Below are positions 9,197-18,897 of a DNA stretch of 52,655 bases, one piece after another; within the stretch, counting starts at the first letter, position 1, and every line of letters starts with the position of its first letter. The notes under the pieces were generated by a model that was given only the letters and a program-made list of their open reading frames with translations, did no database searches and was not told the DNA's origin. The translations under genes and the position numbers were made by a program. Source of the stretch: an uncultured Flavobacterium sp. (GTDB lineage Bacteria; Bacteroidota; Bacteroidia; Flavobacteriales; Flavobacteriaceae); contig CAZSDN010000004.1 of assembly GCA_964605595.1 (NCBI GenBank), forward strand, positions 7,094 through 59,748, in the 5' to 3' direction.

Positions 9197-10203
9197 TAAT
9201 TATGGAAACTGCTTTTTAGATGGTTTTTAACGTCGATGAAACTTTTGTGGTTCAGTGGAAATTCTAAAATCACATGCGAAATGCTTAACAAATATAACCA
9301 TTGTAATCCAATGGCATAATCATAAATATAAAGGCCAACAGACATGAACCAGATAATAAATATAGAAACCAAAAGTAATTTTGACGTTTTATGCCACTGG
9401 ATAACCGAAGTTTTTGAAAACCAGTTCAGGTAATGATATGTATAAGCAAAAGCGATGAACCGCATTATTTTAACGCCTATGTCAGAAAAATAAACCATTT
9501 GGTCGTTTAACGAATGCGTACCTGAAATTGATTGAGCTTCAACAACAGCCGGAAAATGCAAAAAATCAAATACAGCTTTCAGTCCAAGGTTAATGCTCCT
9601 GAATGTACTGTAATTGTTCATTAAATCTGAATTGACGATACGATTATAAAACCCGGTCGAAACCCAAAGCAATAGTATTGCGCAAGCTATGAAAACAACT
9701 ACCGATGCGATCCCGGTTTTACTTTTAGACTTCAACGCGCCCAGAAGAATAAAAAATCCGGTAAAAATAAATACGTGCAAAATTGATGGCAGGAATATGG
9801 AAAAAACCAATCTGAAGCTTTTTAACTCAAAGTAATATAAAACCAATCCCACGCACATTCCGATGATAAAGGATAGAGCGGCTTTGATTTTTGAAGTAAA
9901 AGCCAACAAACAAAATGAACCCCAAAAAGCGGCATACAATAAAATTGACGATGCCCATTTTAAATGAAAAATAAATTTCAATGCCAACAGGAAAATTATA
10001 AAAACGATCCAGTAAATGTCATTGTATTTTTTGAGGAAAAACCTCTTTTGATGCAGCCAGTTGATCTCTGTCAGATAATGGAGCGGCCCCAAAATGGCAT
10101 AAACAAACAAAAACAATTCAAAAGGAAAAAACATGGCAACGCACATTGACGCTATCATCAAAAAAATATTAATGCTATCTATGCGCTTGGTATTCATGTC
10201 CAC
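9196..10203 (-). CDS. Uncharacterised polytopic membrane protein with His motifs
   Basis: 335 aa with many hydrophobic segments. Motifs GPLHYLTE, ILHVF, YTYHYLNWF, SHVILEFPLNH. Stop overlaps the TrmH start (TAATG at 9198-9194). Confidence 0.8.
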   Translation of the reverse strand: MDMNTKRIDSINIFLMIASMCVAMFFPFELFLFVYAILGPLHYLTEINWLHQKRFFLKKYNDIYWIVFIIFLLALKFIFHLKWASSILLYAAFWGSFCLLAFTSKIKAALSFIIGMCVGLVLYYFELKSFRLVFSIFLPSILHVFIFTGFFILLGALKSKSKTGIASVVVFIACAILLLWVSTGFYNRIVNSDLMNNYSTFRSINLGLKAVFDFLHFPAVVEAQSISGTHSLNDQMVYFSDIGVKIMRFIAFAYTYHYLNWFSKTSVIQWHKTSKLLLVSIFIIWFMSVGLYIYDYAIGLQWLYLLSISHVILEFPLNHKSFIDVKNHLKSSFHN

Positions 10204-10234
10204 ATTAATTATTCAAAGATGTCGGGAATAATAA

Positions 10235-11566
10235 TTACAAAATTCCTCGTGCTTTGATTTCCAAATATTTGTTTATCGTGTCAAGTGTAAGGTTTTCAGG
10301 TTGTGTAAGAACAGAATATATTCCGTACTTTTTAAGTTCGGTCACTATAAGGCGTTTTTCGAAGGCAAATTTTTCAGAGATGACTTTGTCGTAAACTTCC
10401 TGAATGTTTTCTGCTTTTTTATCGATAAGTTGATTGAGTTCGGTATTGTTAAAGAAAATGACAACCAGAAGGTGATTTTTTGCAATTCCTTTTAAGTAAG
10501 GCAACTGGCGATGCAAACTATCAACGGTTTCAAAATTTGTATAAAGCAGTATCAGGCTTCGCTGATTGATGTTTTTTTTGATGTCAACATACAAGCGGCT
10601 GAAATCACTTTCAAAATAATCAGTTTTTACATTATAAAGGCTTTCAAGGATTTTTGACATTTGCGATGACCTTTTTTCTGCAACCACGCGGTTTTGTATC
10701 TTTTTTGAAAAAGTGAACATTCCGGCTTTGTCCTGTTTTTTCAGGATTATATTCGATAACACCAAAGCGGCGTTTATCGAATAATCCAATAAACTCAATC
10801 CGTTGAAAGGCATTTTCATCACGCGCCCTTTGTCGATTGCCATATAAATCGATTGTGATTTTTCATCCTGGAACTGATTGATCATCAATGCGTTTTTCTT
10901 TGCGGTTGCTTTCCAGTTTAGCGTCCGGATGTCATCGCCTTGCGTATATTCCTTGATTTGCTCAAATTCCATCGAATGCCCGATCCGCCTGATTTTCTTC
11001 ACACCATATTGCAGAAGGTTGTGTGAAAATGCCATCAGGTCATATTTCCGCAACTGGATATACGACGGATATGTTGGAACGATTTGGCCTTCATCAAACG
11101 TAAAGCGCCTCGAAACAAGACGTAACGGCGATGAGATATAAATATTCAGGTTCCCGAAATGGTATTCGCCACGCTCTGTCGGGCGCAGGAAATAATTGAT
11201 TTCGGTTTCAGATGAAGCTTTAATGTTTTTAAGGATTTCAAAATTCCTTTCCTGAAACTGGAACGGGATTTCGTCAATGATTTTGGCAATGACGGGAAAA
11301 GTATAGTAATTCCGGATGCTTAGGTTGATTGCATTTTCATCTCCGTTTGAAAGCTTTTCGGGAGCAACCCGTGATGCTTCTATGCCGCTTTTCGTAAAAA
11401 ATAAAATCAGGATGTCCAGAGCAAGGAAAGCCATGATCATCAGGAATAAATACCATATGGCACTGTACAAGAACGGGTAAATGAATGCCCATACAAACAA
11501 TGCAATGACGGTAAGCATCGCATAAAAGAAAAAGTTGTTGATATATAATTTCCTGAAAAAATTCAA
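10235..11566 (-). CDS. DUF58 domain protein (MoxR partner, VWA-like) with N-terminal TM helices
   Basis: ERGEYHFG, GHSMEFEQIKEYTQGDDIRTLNWKATAK, NQFQDEKSQ. Confidence 0.92.
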   Translation of the reverse strand: MNFFRKLYINNFFFYAMLTVIALFVWAFIYPFLYSAIWYLFLMIMAFLALDILILFFTKSGIEASRVAPEKLSNGDENAINLSIRNYYTFPVIAKIIDEIPFQFQERNFEILKNIKASSETEINYFLRPTERGEYHFGNLNIYISSPLRLVSRRFTFDEGQIVPTYPSYIQLRKYDLMAFSHNLLQYGVKKIRRIGHSMEFEQIKEYTQGDDIRTLNWKATAKKNALMINQFQDEKSQSIYMAIDKGRVMKMPFNGLSLLDYSINAALVLSNIILKKQDKAGMFTFSKKIQNRVVAEKRSSQMSKILESLYNVKTDYFESDFSRLYVDIKKNINQRSLILLYTNFETVDSLHRQLPYLKGIAKNHLLVVIFFNNTELNQLIDKKAENIQEVYDKVISEKFAFEKRLIVTELKKYGIYSVLTQPENLTLDTINKYLEIKARGIL

Positions 11567-11584
11567 CTGGATAAAATTTATTGG

Positions 11585-12607
11585 TTATCTCGGAATTTCT
11601 ACTGATTCCAAAATCTGCCTGATTATTTCTACACTCGTAAGCCCTTCCATTTCACGTTCCGGCGTAACAATCACGCGGTGTTGCAAAACTGGAACTGCCG
11701 CTTCTTTGATATCTTCGGGCGTTACAAAATCGCGCCCGTTGATTGCCGCATAACCTTTAGACGCATTCAGTATTGCAATCGACGCACGAGGCGAAGCGCC
11801 AAGGTACAAAAACGCATTTTCCCGCGTATTGATTACAATTTTTGCAATATATTCGAGCAATTGCGGTTCAACGACAATTTGCTTCACAAGTGACTGAAAG
11901 TGCTTTATTTCATCGGCTGATATGAGTGATCGTACTTTTTCAAGTTTCCCGTTATCCTGTAAATTATGCTCTCTTTGAAGAATGTTTATTTCTTCGTCAA
12001 GCTTTGGGTAATCAATGGAAACCTTAAAAAGGAAACGGTCAAGCTGTGCTTCGGGCAAACGATAAGTGCCTTCCTGTTCGATCGGGTTTTGCGTGGCAAT
12101 CACTAAAAACGGCGTGTCCATCGGATATGTAGTCCCGTCAATCGTGATTTGCCTTTCTTCCATAACTTCAAACAAAGCGGCTTGTGTTTTTGCCGGTGCA
12201 CGGTTAATCTCGTCGATAAGGATAAGGTTTGAAAAAACGGGCCCTTTTTTGAATTCAAATTCCGATTTTTTCAAATCGAAAACCGAAGTTCCCAAAATAT
12301 CCGAAGGCATGAGATCAGGCGTGAATTGGATTCTTCCAAATCCGACATTCATGGTTTTTGCAAGCAATTTAGCGGTAATCGTTTTTGCCACTCCCGGAAC
12401 GCCTTCAAGCAAAACATGCCCGTTTGAAAGGATTGAAACCAATAACTGGTCGATCATTTTGTGTTGTCCCACGATTACCGATCCAAGTTCGGCTTTTATT
12501 GCCATGACGCTTTCCTGCAGTTTTGACAAATCGATGCGTGATTGGAAATTCACATTTTCAGCAGTGCTTTCCTGTATACTTTCAGGATTGTTTTCTATAT
12601 TTTCCAT
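11585..12607 (-). CDS. moxR: MoxR family AAA+ ATPase
   Basis: GHVLLEGVPGVAKT, RIQFTPDLMPSDILG, DEINRAPAKTQAAL, ATQNPIEQEGTYRLPEAQLDRF. Confidence 0.96.
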   Translation of the reverse strand: MENIENNPESIQESTAENVNFQSRIDLSKLQESVMAIKAELGSVIVGQHKMIDQLLVSILSNGHVLLEGVPGVAKTITAKLLAKTMNVGFGRIQFTPDLMPSDILGTSVFDLKKSEFEFKKGPVFSNLILIDEINRAPAKTQAALFEVMEERQITIDGTTYPMDTPFLVIATQNPIEQEGTYRLPEAQLDRFLFKVSIDYPKLDEEINILQREHNLQDNGKLEKVRSLISADEIKHFQSLVKQIVVEPQLLEYIAKIVINTRENAFLYLGASPRASIAILNASKGYAAINGRDFVTPEDIKEAAVPVLQHRVIVTPEREMEGLTSVEIIRQILESVEIPR

Positions 12608-12634
12608 ATTCCCGTTTTATTGGCTTTGATGAGC

Positions 12635-13837
12635 CTAATTTATAATTTTTTCTATTGCGCCGTTCAAATCAATCAGGTCATTTTCAATGCTTGTAAAATG
12701 ATTTTTACGGTGTTGGTTAATCAGGTAAACCACACGCTGAATATCGGCAAGGTCTTTTCCTGATTTGTGCTGTAATTTTTTAACGAAATTAGCATCTAGG
12801 ATTGTCGTGTCGAGCAAATAATCGTGCCGTATCCTTTCAAGGAAATAAACTATTTTTTTATCGATGAGGTTTCCGTGATCGCCTTCCTGAAAATAAAGAT
12901 TGCCGATCGTTTTAGCAAAATCGACCGTAGTGTTGGTTAAAACCTTTTTTATCGGAACAACGCGTTGCCTGCGCTTGGCATTAAAAATCATGAACAGTAT
13001 CATTCCAATAAGGAAAAGATACCAGGCTGAACTCAATGCCGGATTATTGAATATAAAACGAAGCGCGTTTCCTGAGGCGATTTCCCCATTTTGGTTTTTC
13101 AGGTACCAATATACGTTTCCTTGTGGGACATAGGACAAGATTTTTTGCGCATATTCGGCGTTATTTTCCTTTAGCAGATAAAAATTTGTAAAAGCTACGG
13201 GTTGGGTATGAAGATAAAAATGTCCTTGGTTATAAGGTACTTTTATAAAATTAACCTGTTTTTCTTTTCTGCTTTGATACCCCAAAACCGTTGTTCTGAG
13301 CGTGTCGATTTTTGAAAAATAAGTGTTTCCGGCTCCTTCATTAAAAATATATTTTTCTGTTCCCAGATTCGGATTTGCCATCCAATTTGCAATTTTGCCA
13401 TCGAACTCAAAGTCGGTTTGGTATTCAAATTTAAGGCTGTCGAGCAACATTTTCGGAAATTCCCTCATGCTCATGAAAATGTTGTTGCCATGGCCGGCAA
13501 AATAAAAAAGTTCTTCGAGCGATTCCTCGTCAATTGGAGCACGGGTTCCGGAGATGTATAAAAAGGAGCCTTTTATCTTATATGTATTTACAAGAGAATC
13601 ATAATCATATTGCGGACTGAAATATTCATAAGCCGAAACGTTGATCTTTTCTATTTCATGTTTTTTGAGTAACGAAGGCATTTCTTGGTCAAGGACATGC
13701 ATGCCAAACGGAATCTTATCTTTGATGCTATAAGTTGGCGTCCAATTGATTGGCTGTTCCTTGTTGGCATCAATAATCAGTATTCCAACAAAAAACAGGA
13801 TCAAAAATCCAATGTATATTTTAAGTTTTGTACCCAT
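12635..13837 (-). CDS. DUF4350-like membrane protein
   Basis: N-terminal TM, DKIPFGM, extracytoplasmic domain, second TM, then AKRRQRVVP...TVDFAKTIGNLY. Position in the MoxR cluster fits. Confidence 0.75.
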   Translation of the reverse strand: MGTKLKIYIGFLILFFVGILIIDANKEQPINWTPTYSIKDKIPFGMHVLDQEMPSLLKKHEIEKINVSAYEYFSPQYDYDSLVNTYKIKGSFLYISGTRAPIDEESLEELFYFAGHGNNIFMSMREFPKMLLDSLKFEYQTDFEFDGKIANWMANPNLGTEKYIFNEGAGNTYFSKIDTLRTTVLGYQSRKEKQVNFIKVPYNQGHFYLHTQPVAFTNFYLLKENNAEYAQKILSYVPQGNVYWYLKNQNGEIASGNALRFIFNNPALSSAWYLFLIGMILFMIFNAKRRQRVVPIKKVLTNTTVDFAKTIGNLYFQEGDHGNLIDKKIVYFLERIRHDYLLDTTILDANFVKKLQHKSGKDLADIQRVVYLINQHRKNHFTSIENDLIDLNGAIEKIIN

Positions 13838-14607
13838 TACAGTGATTGGATTATTTTTTGGAATGTGTTTGTGGCTTTTTCAAAAGTAGCTTCATCTACG
13901 TCAAACTCGCCATACCAAATATAATTATACAGATACGAAAGATAGCGGAAATTGTCTTTTAGCTTTTCATTTTCGATTTCATACAGATAATCAGAATTTG
14001 TCTTTTCGGGATCCCATTGGATTATACTTTTCTCAGACATTCTTTTTAAAAGCCACAAATAATAGTAGCGGATGCTTAAACGTTTTTCGCCTGACGCGAC
14101 TGCTTCTTTAATCAGTTTTTCAAAATCGACGCGATGCAGGTTTCTTTCAATTTCTTCATGGCGGATGATTTTCCGGTCTGAATTTTTCCCAAAAACCCAT
14201 TGTCCGTCTTTATTCATAATTGATTTTACGATAAGATAGATTACAAGGAGAATGATTGCAATAGCAAGGGATTTGAGCAGGACGACGACAACATTCATAG
14301 AAGTTTCCGGATTGCTGAAATTGAATAACCTCCTGAAAAGGTCGGCAAGCCATTCCTTGAAACGTTCCCATATATTTTTTTCAGGGATTTTTACTTCATA
14401 ATCAAATTCTTCCGATTTGTATTTCGATTTAAAGTTTGGAGAAAATTCAGATTTTTGGATAGAATCATTGGTGTCTGCAATAATGTCGCTTTCTTTGAAA
14501 ATGATTTTTTCTTTTGCGGGAATGCTGTCCTGTGAAAATCCATTTAGTACAAGAAGGAAAAACAGCGATAAAAACAGCTTCAGGAATTTGTGTTGCTTCT
14601 GATTCAT
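13837..14607 (-). CDS. DUF4129 domain membrane protein
   Basis: Signal peptide, TM helix, RLSIRYYYLWLL...WDPEKTNSDYLYE...YIWYG. Confidence 0.8.
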   Translation of the reverse strand: MNQKQHKFLKLFLSLFFLLVLNGFSQDSIPAKEKIIFKESDIIADTNDSIQKSEFSPNFKSKYKSEEFDYEVKIPEKNIWERFKEWLADLFRRLFNFSNPETSMNVVVVLLKSLAIAIILLVIYLIVKSIMNKDGQWVFGKNSDRKIIRHEEIERNLHRVDFEKLIKEAVASGEKRLSIRYYYLWLLKRMSEKSIIQWDPEKTNSDYLYEIENEKLKDNFRYLSYLYNYIWYGEFDVDEATFEKATNTFQKIIQSL

Positions 14608-15581
14608 ATTGTAACCAGATTTTTATTCGCTTTTCTTGCAACAATGATTGGATAAATCAAGTAATAAAACGATATTAAAGCCAATGTTGAAAGTATGATT
14701 GTGAGGTTTGCCCAAGTGTACATTTGAACTGAATAACGCGTTACGTAACCCTCAAGAAAACCTGCGGCGATAGTAAACGGAATCGTACTCAAATAAATTT
14801 TAAAGCTGTTTTTTACGCCTATTTTAAATGAATTAACGCGGGAATAGGTTTTAGGAAAAAGGATGGAAGCGCCAAGAATAAATCCGGCTGCTGCTTCAAT
14901 TACTATCGCAAAAATCTCCATGGAACCGTGAATCCAGATTCCCTGTACGCTTTCCCAAAGAACGCCCTGGTCATGAAAAAAATACTGGAACGAACCCAGC
15001 ATGATGCAGTTTTGCAGAAGAATCCAAAAAGTGCCGATACCGCCAAAAATCCCAAAAACATAACACATCGCGCCCACACGTAAATTGTTGAGCGTAATGG
15101 CAATATAGCCGCCCCAATTGCTTCCTTTTGTGTAAACTGCAACAGGATTCCCGTTTTTGATATTTTCGAGCGTCATGTTTACATAACCGTCACCCATAAT
15201 CAATCTTACGAAAGTATCGTCATAAATTGCCGAAACAACGCCAATGCCCACCGACATAAAAAACAACACGAACGCATAAAGAACATACCTGCGGTATTGA
15301 TGTACGATCAATGGAACTTCAGTTTTGAAAAAATATACAATCCGGTTGGTTTCCTGCCGTTTGGTTTTATAGATTTTTTGGTAAATCTGTGAGGCTAAAT
15401 AATTTAAATAAACAACCGTTTTGCTTTTTGGGTAATAGGTTTGCGCATAAGATAAATCGTTAACCAAATGTATATACAAACTGGCCATTTCATCAGGATT
15501 TTTTTTAGCTTTACCAAAAATAGCCAGCTCAAATTCAAGCCATTTTGCTTTATTTTGCTTTATAAACGCAACTTCTCTCAT
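14604..15581 (-). CDS. SpoIIM-like (DUF95) membrane protein
   Basis: MREVAFIKQNKAKW, DLSYAQTYYP, ITLNNLRV, IWIHGSMEI, AGFLEGYVT. Confidence 0.9.
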   Translation of the reverse strand: MREVAFIKQNKAKWLEFELAIFGKAKKNPDEMASLYIHLVNDLSYAQTYYPKSKTVVYLNYLASQIYQKIYKTKRQETNRIVYFFKTEVPLIVHQYRRYVLYAFVLFFMSVGIGVVSAIYDDTFVRLIMGDGYVNMTLENIKNGNPVAVYTKGSNWGGYIAITLNNLRVGAMCYVFGIFGGIGTFWILLQNCIMLGSFQYFFHDQGVLWESVQGIWIHGSMEIFAIVIEAAAGFILGASILFPKTYSRVNSFKIGVKNSFKIYLSTIPFTIAAGFLEGYVTRYSVQMYTWANLTIILSTLALISFYYLIYPIIVARKANKNLVTI

Positions 15582-15602
15582 TGATGGCTAAAATATAAAA
15601 AT

Positions 15603-16346
15603 ATGACGCAATTATCTATAAACACTACACAAAATGTAAATATAAATTTTACGGCCGCTTCACTCGGCCAGAGGATTCTTGCGTTTCTCACCGACCTCGC
15701 AATTCAGATTGCTTATATGATTGTAATTTTCTGGGTTGTATTTTACTATTTGGGGCTTAACGAAAAGCTTATGCATATGGATAGATGGTCATCTGCGGCC
15801 ATACAAATGCTGTTTTTTTTGCCGGTGATGTTTTATACGCTTACACTGGAAAGTATTTGGGAAGGACAAACTTTCGGAAAAAGGCTTTTAAAGATCAAAG
15901 TAGTAAAAATCGATGGTTACCAGGCCAGCTTTCCTGATTATATTGTACGTTGGATTTTCAGGCTGGTCGATATTTTTATCGTTGGCGGGCTTTTGGGAAT
16001 CATCTCAATTGCAACAAGTGAAAAATCACAGCGATTGGGCGATATGACAGCCGGAACCGCAGTAATCTCACTCAAAAATGACATATCCATAAATAGCACG
16101 ATACTCGAAGAAATTGATGGTGAATATATACCGCTTTATCCTTTGGTCATCAAGCTTTCTGATAATGATATCCGGATCATAAAAGAGAATTTTCAATTGG
16201 CGAAGAAAAAACACGATCCGACAATCACCGTAAAACTCAAGCAAAAAATTGAAACGGTCACGGGTATAAAAAGCCAATCCGGGAATCCTGAAGATTTTAT
16301 CAGGACCATAATCAAAGATTACAATTATTACACTCAAAACATGTAA
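15603..16346 (+). CDS. RDD family membrane protein
   Basis: ASLGQRILAFLTD, GQTFGKRLLKIKVV, QRLGDMTAGTAV. Confidence 0.92.
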   Translation: MTQLSINTTQNVNINFTAASLGQRILAFLTDLAIQIAYMIVIFWVVFYYLGLNEKLMHMDRWSSAAIQMLFFLPVMFYTLTLESIWEGQTFGKRLLKIKVVKIDGYQASFPDYIVRWIFRLVDIFIVGGLLGIISIATSEKSQRLGDMTAGTAVISLKNDISINSTILEEIDGEYIPLYPLVIKLSDNDIRIIKENFQLAKKKHDPTITVKLKQKIETVTGIKSQSGNPEDFIRTIIKDYNYYTQNM

Positions 16347-16352
16347 GCCATT

Positions 16353-16955
16353 ATGTTTTACTTTCTGGATATAATCGGAACAATGGCCTTTGCCATGTCA
16401 GGTGCGCTTACGGCGATGAACAAAAAGCTCGATCCGTTTGGAGTGTTCATTATTGCATTTGTCACATCGGTTGGTGGTGGAACCTTACGGGATATATTGA
16501 TCGGAAGGACGCCGGTTGGCTGGATGCTTGACCTGAATTATTTTTATGTAATCGTAGCCGGATTTTTCCTGGCAATAATTTTCAGGAAAAAACTCGACCG
16601 GCTCCGCACTTCATTGTTTCTTTTTGATACGATCGGATTGGGTGTTTTTACTTTAATAGGGATTGAAAAAGGAATCGGTGTTGGGCTTCATCCTGTAATT
16701 TGTATTGCACTCGGAACTATGACTGCGAGTTTTGGCGGCGTCATCCGTGATATTTTGTGTAACGAGATTCCGGTGATTTTCAGGCGCGAAATCTATGCGA
16801 CAATTTGCATCATTGGCGGAATCTTCTTTTTCATCATACGCAAACTGGATCTTGGAAATGACCTTCTTTATCTGATCACGTCGCTGGTAATTATACTATT
16901 AAGGCTAATGGCTGTGCGATTTAAATGGTATTTGCCCGCACTTGAAAAAAACTGA
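16353..16955 (+). CDS. Trimeric intracellular cation channel (UPF0126/YadS-like) membrane protein
   Basis: Internal duplication with GGGTLRDIL and GGVIRDIL; DIIGTMAFAMSG; REIYAT. Confidence 0.92.
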   Translation: MFYFLDIIGTMAFAMSGALTAMNKKLDPFGVFIIAFVTSVGGGTLRDILIGRTPVGWMLDLNYFYVIVAGFFLAIIFRKKLDRLRTSLFLFDTIGLGVFTLIGIEKGIGVGLHPVICIALGTMTASFGGVIRDILCNEIPVIFRREIYATICIIGGIFFFIIRKLDLGNDLLYLITSLVIILLRLMAVRFKWYLPALEKN

Positions 16956-18764
16956 TCAGCGTTTCAAATAGATAAAACCGTTCATCGGATTCGGATAATC
17001 GGGATCATTGAGTTCGAGGATGTAATAATAGGTTCCTTCCGATAACTGGTTCCCTAAAATCCGTGTTCCTTCATTCGCATCGCCTTTCCAGCTTTCGGTT
17101 TTGTTGTTTCCTTTCCAAACCAAATTTCCCCAGCGGTTGTAAATAGATAAATTAAAGTTTACAAAAATGTCCCGAAGCCCGTCGATCTGTAGCGAATCAT
17201 AAAAACCATTCGAAGACGGCTCAACCAGATTGTAAACCTTTGGCGGGCATTTTCGTGTCAATAGCCTAAAGGAAGTAATGCTATGGCAATTTTCATTTTC
17301 AATGCGGATGAAAATTTCGTTTGGAGTCGCTTCTGATACAAAATCCGATGTTGTAAAAATCTCATTTTCCTGATTTGCCGCATCGGCCGGTGTTTTATAA
17401 AAAGCGACAGTATCGTTTGCATCAGCTTTTACCAGTTCGTCATATCCTGAAAAATCGAATGTTCCTTTCCCCAAGCCTTCGTTACAGGATTCTATATCCG
17501 GAACCGTATTGAATAATGGCGAAGTCCAAAGCGTTACCGGTATCGAAAAGGAATTGTTGGTTTCAAGGATTTCTTTATGGTTTCCGGTTCCGTTTTCCGT
17601 CATATCGACAATAAACTCGAGTGTAAATTCATTCGGGATTTCAACCGGGATATTGAGTGTTATTATTGCCGATTGGCTTTCGCCGATGGGAATCGGAAGT
17701 GTTGTTTCGGCATATTCTATATAGATTCCGTCTGCATAGACCGCAATCGGAACGGCAGACGCCAATTCGTCGGTACTGTTAAAATTTGAAACCGTATAAT
17801 CAATAGTGATAAGTCTCGAATCGCATTCCTGCCTTAGATTTTCGACGGTAATCGTTGCATCCGGAAGCTGGCTGTTAAGTTTCGTTATAACAGTATTTAC
17901 CATTACAAAATCCTGGCTCGAGGTAAGTTTTATTTCTGCAGAAACATCGCCAATTGCAATATTGTCCTGTATGTCATAAACATCGATATCCATATTATAT
18001 AGCGTCGTACTCCCGGTAATCGAATTCGTTCCGTTAAAAACGTTGTTTGCGGGGTTTATAGGGCTTGATAGTTCGTTCCCATTTAGGAGAAGCTTTTCGC
18101 CAATTGCAATGTTTCGGTCGCCTTCCCATGCAAGAAAACCGATTTTTGCACCAACATCGTCAATCACATTGAGGTTGTCAAGATTGAAAGTCAGTGTCGT
18201 ATGACCGCTACTAACATAATCAAGTCCACTATATAGATTCAGCTGGTTTAAAGGAAGGCTGTCATTTTTATAAATGATGGCAATTGCCCAACCTGCAAAG
18301 TTGGTAGCGTTTTGGCAATAAGCCGGAATCACTTCTGATAAATCCAGATTTGATAAAGTATAATTTCCGTTTCCTGTGGCAATCACTTGTTCGGTAACAT
18401 CTTTCCGGGCGCTAAAAAAAATCAATCCCGAAGAACTTTGTATCAGGTTAAAAGTTTCATCGGGAACAATGGGCTCATCATTCAGGTTTACTTCAAAATC
18501 ACCATTTCCTGAACCTGCCCAATATAAGATGGCCTTTTCTACCGTTTCGCCTGGCTGAAGGTGCAATACTGCAGATGACTCGGTATTAATGATACAGGGC
18601 GAGTTTCCGAGGCCAAGGTTTTCTTCAGTGTTTAAAGTATTTCCGATAATGGTGAAATCGAATCTTCCGTTGAATTGCTGGAAAAGTGTAATTTCCTGCC
18701 CGAACATCGAACAGCAAAGAAAAAATGCGGCAACACAATAAAAATATTCAGTTTTATGTTTCAC
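16956..18764 (-). CDS. T9SS cargo protein with type B (gliding motility-associated) C-terminal domain
   Basis: Signal peptide and C-terminal LSIYNRWGNLVW...WKG...LSEGTYYYIL...GFIYLKR. Start uncertain (GTG 18764 preferred; ATG 18785 or 18815 possible). Confidence 0.85.
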   Translation of the reverse strand: MKHKTEYFYCVAAFFLCCSMFGQEITLFQQFNGRFDFTIIGNTLNTEENLGLGNSPCIINTESSAVLHLQPGETVEKAILYWAGSGNGDFEVNLNDEPIVPDETFNLIQSSSGLIFFSARKDVTEQVIATGNGNYTLSNLDLSEVIPAYCQNATNFAGWAIAIIYKNDSLPLNQLNLYSGLDYVSSGHTTLTFNLDNLNVIDDVGAKIGFLAWEGDRNIAIGEKLLLNGNELSSPINPANNVFNGTNSITGSTTLYNMDIDVYDIQDNIAIGDVSAEIKLTSSQDFVMVNTVITKLNSQLPDATITVENLRQECDSRLITIDYTVSNFNSTDELASAVPIAVYADGIYIEYAETTLPIPIGESQSAIITLNIPVEIPNEFTLEFIVDMTENGTGNHKEILETNNSFSIPVTLWTSPLFNTVPDIESCNEGLGKGTFDFSGYDELVKADANDTVAFYKTPADAANQENEIFTTSDFVSEATPNEIFIRIENENCHSITSFRLLTRKCPPKVYNLVEPSSNGFYDSLQIDGLRDIFVNFNLSIYNRWGNLVWKGNNKTESWKGDANEGTRILGNQLSEGTYYYILELNDPDYPNPMNGFIYLKR

Positions 18765-18897
18765 TATGAAGAAATTTAACGCCATTAAAGGTAACAATAA
18801 TTCGCAAAAGCACATCCGAGGTTTTCGGATTTCAAATGATTCGCCCGTATTTTGGGATAAAAATGAAAAAAATCAGTAATTTTCCAATGTCTAAAAT

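Noticed and set aside
14604..15581. Sporulation function implied by the SpoIIM name
   Set aside because: Bacteroidota do not sporulate; here the domain is part of the MoxR-associated module.
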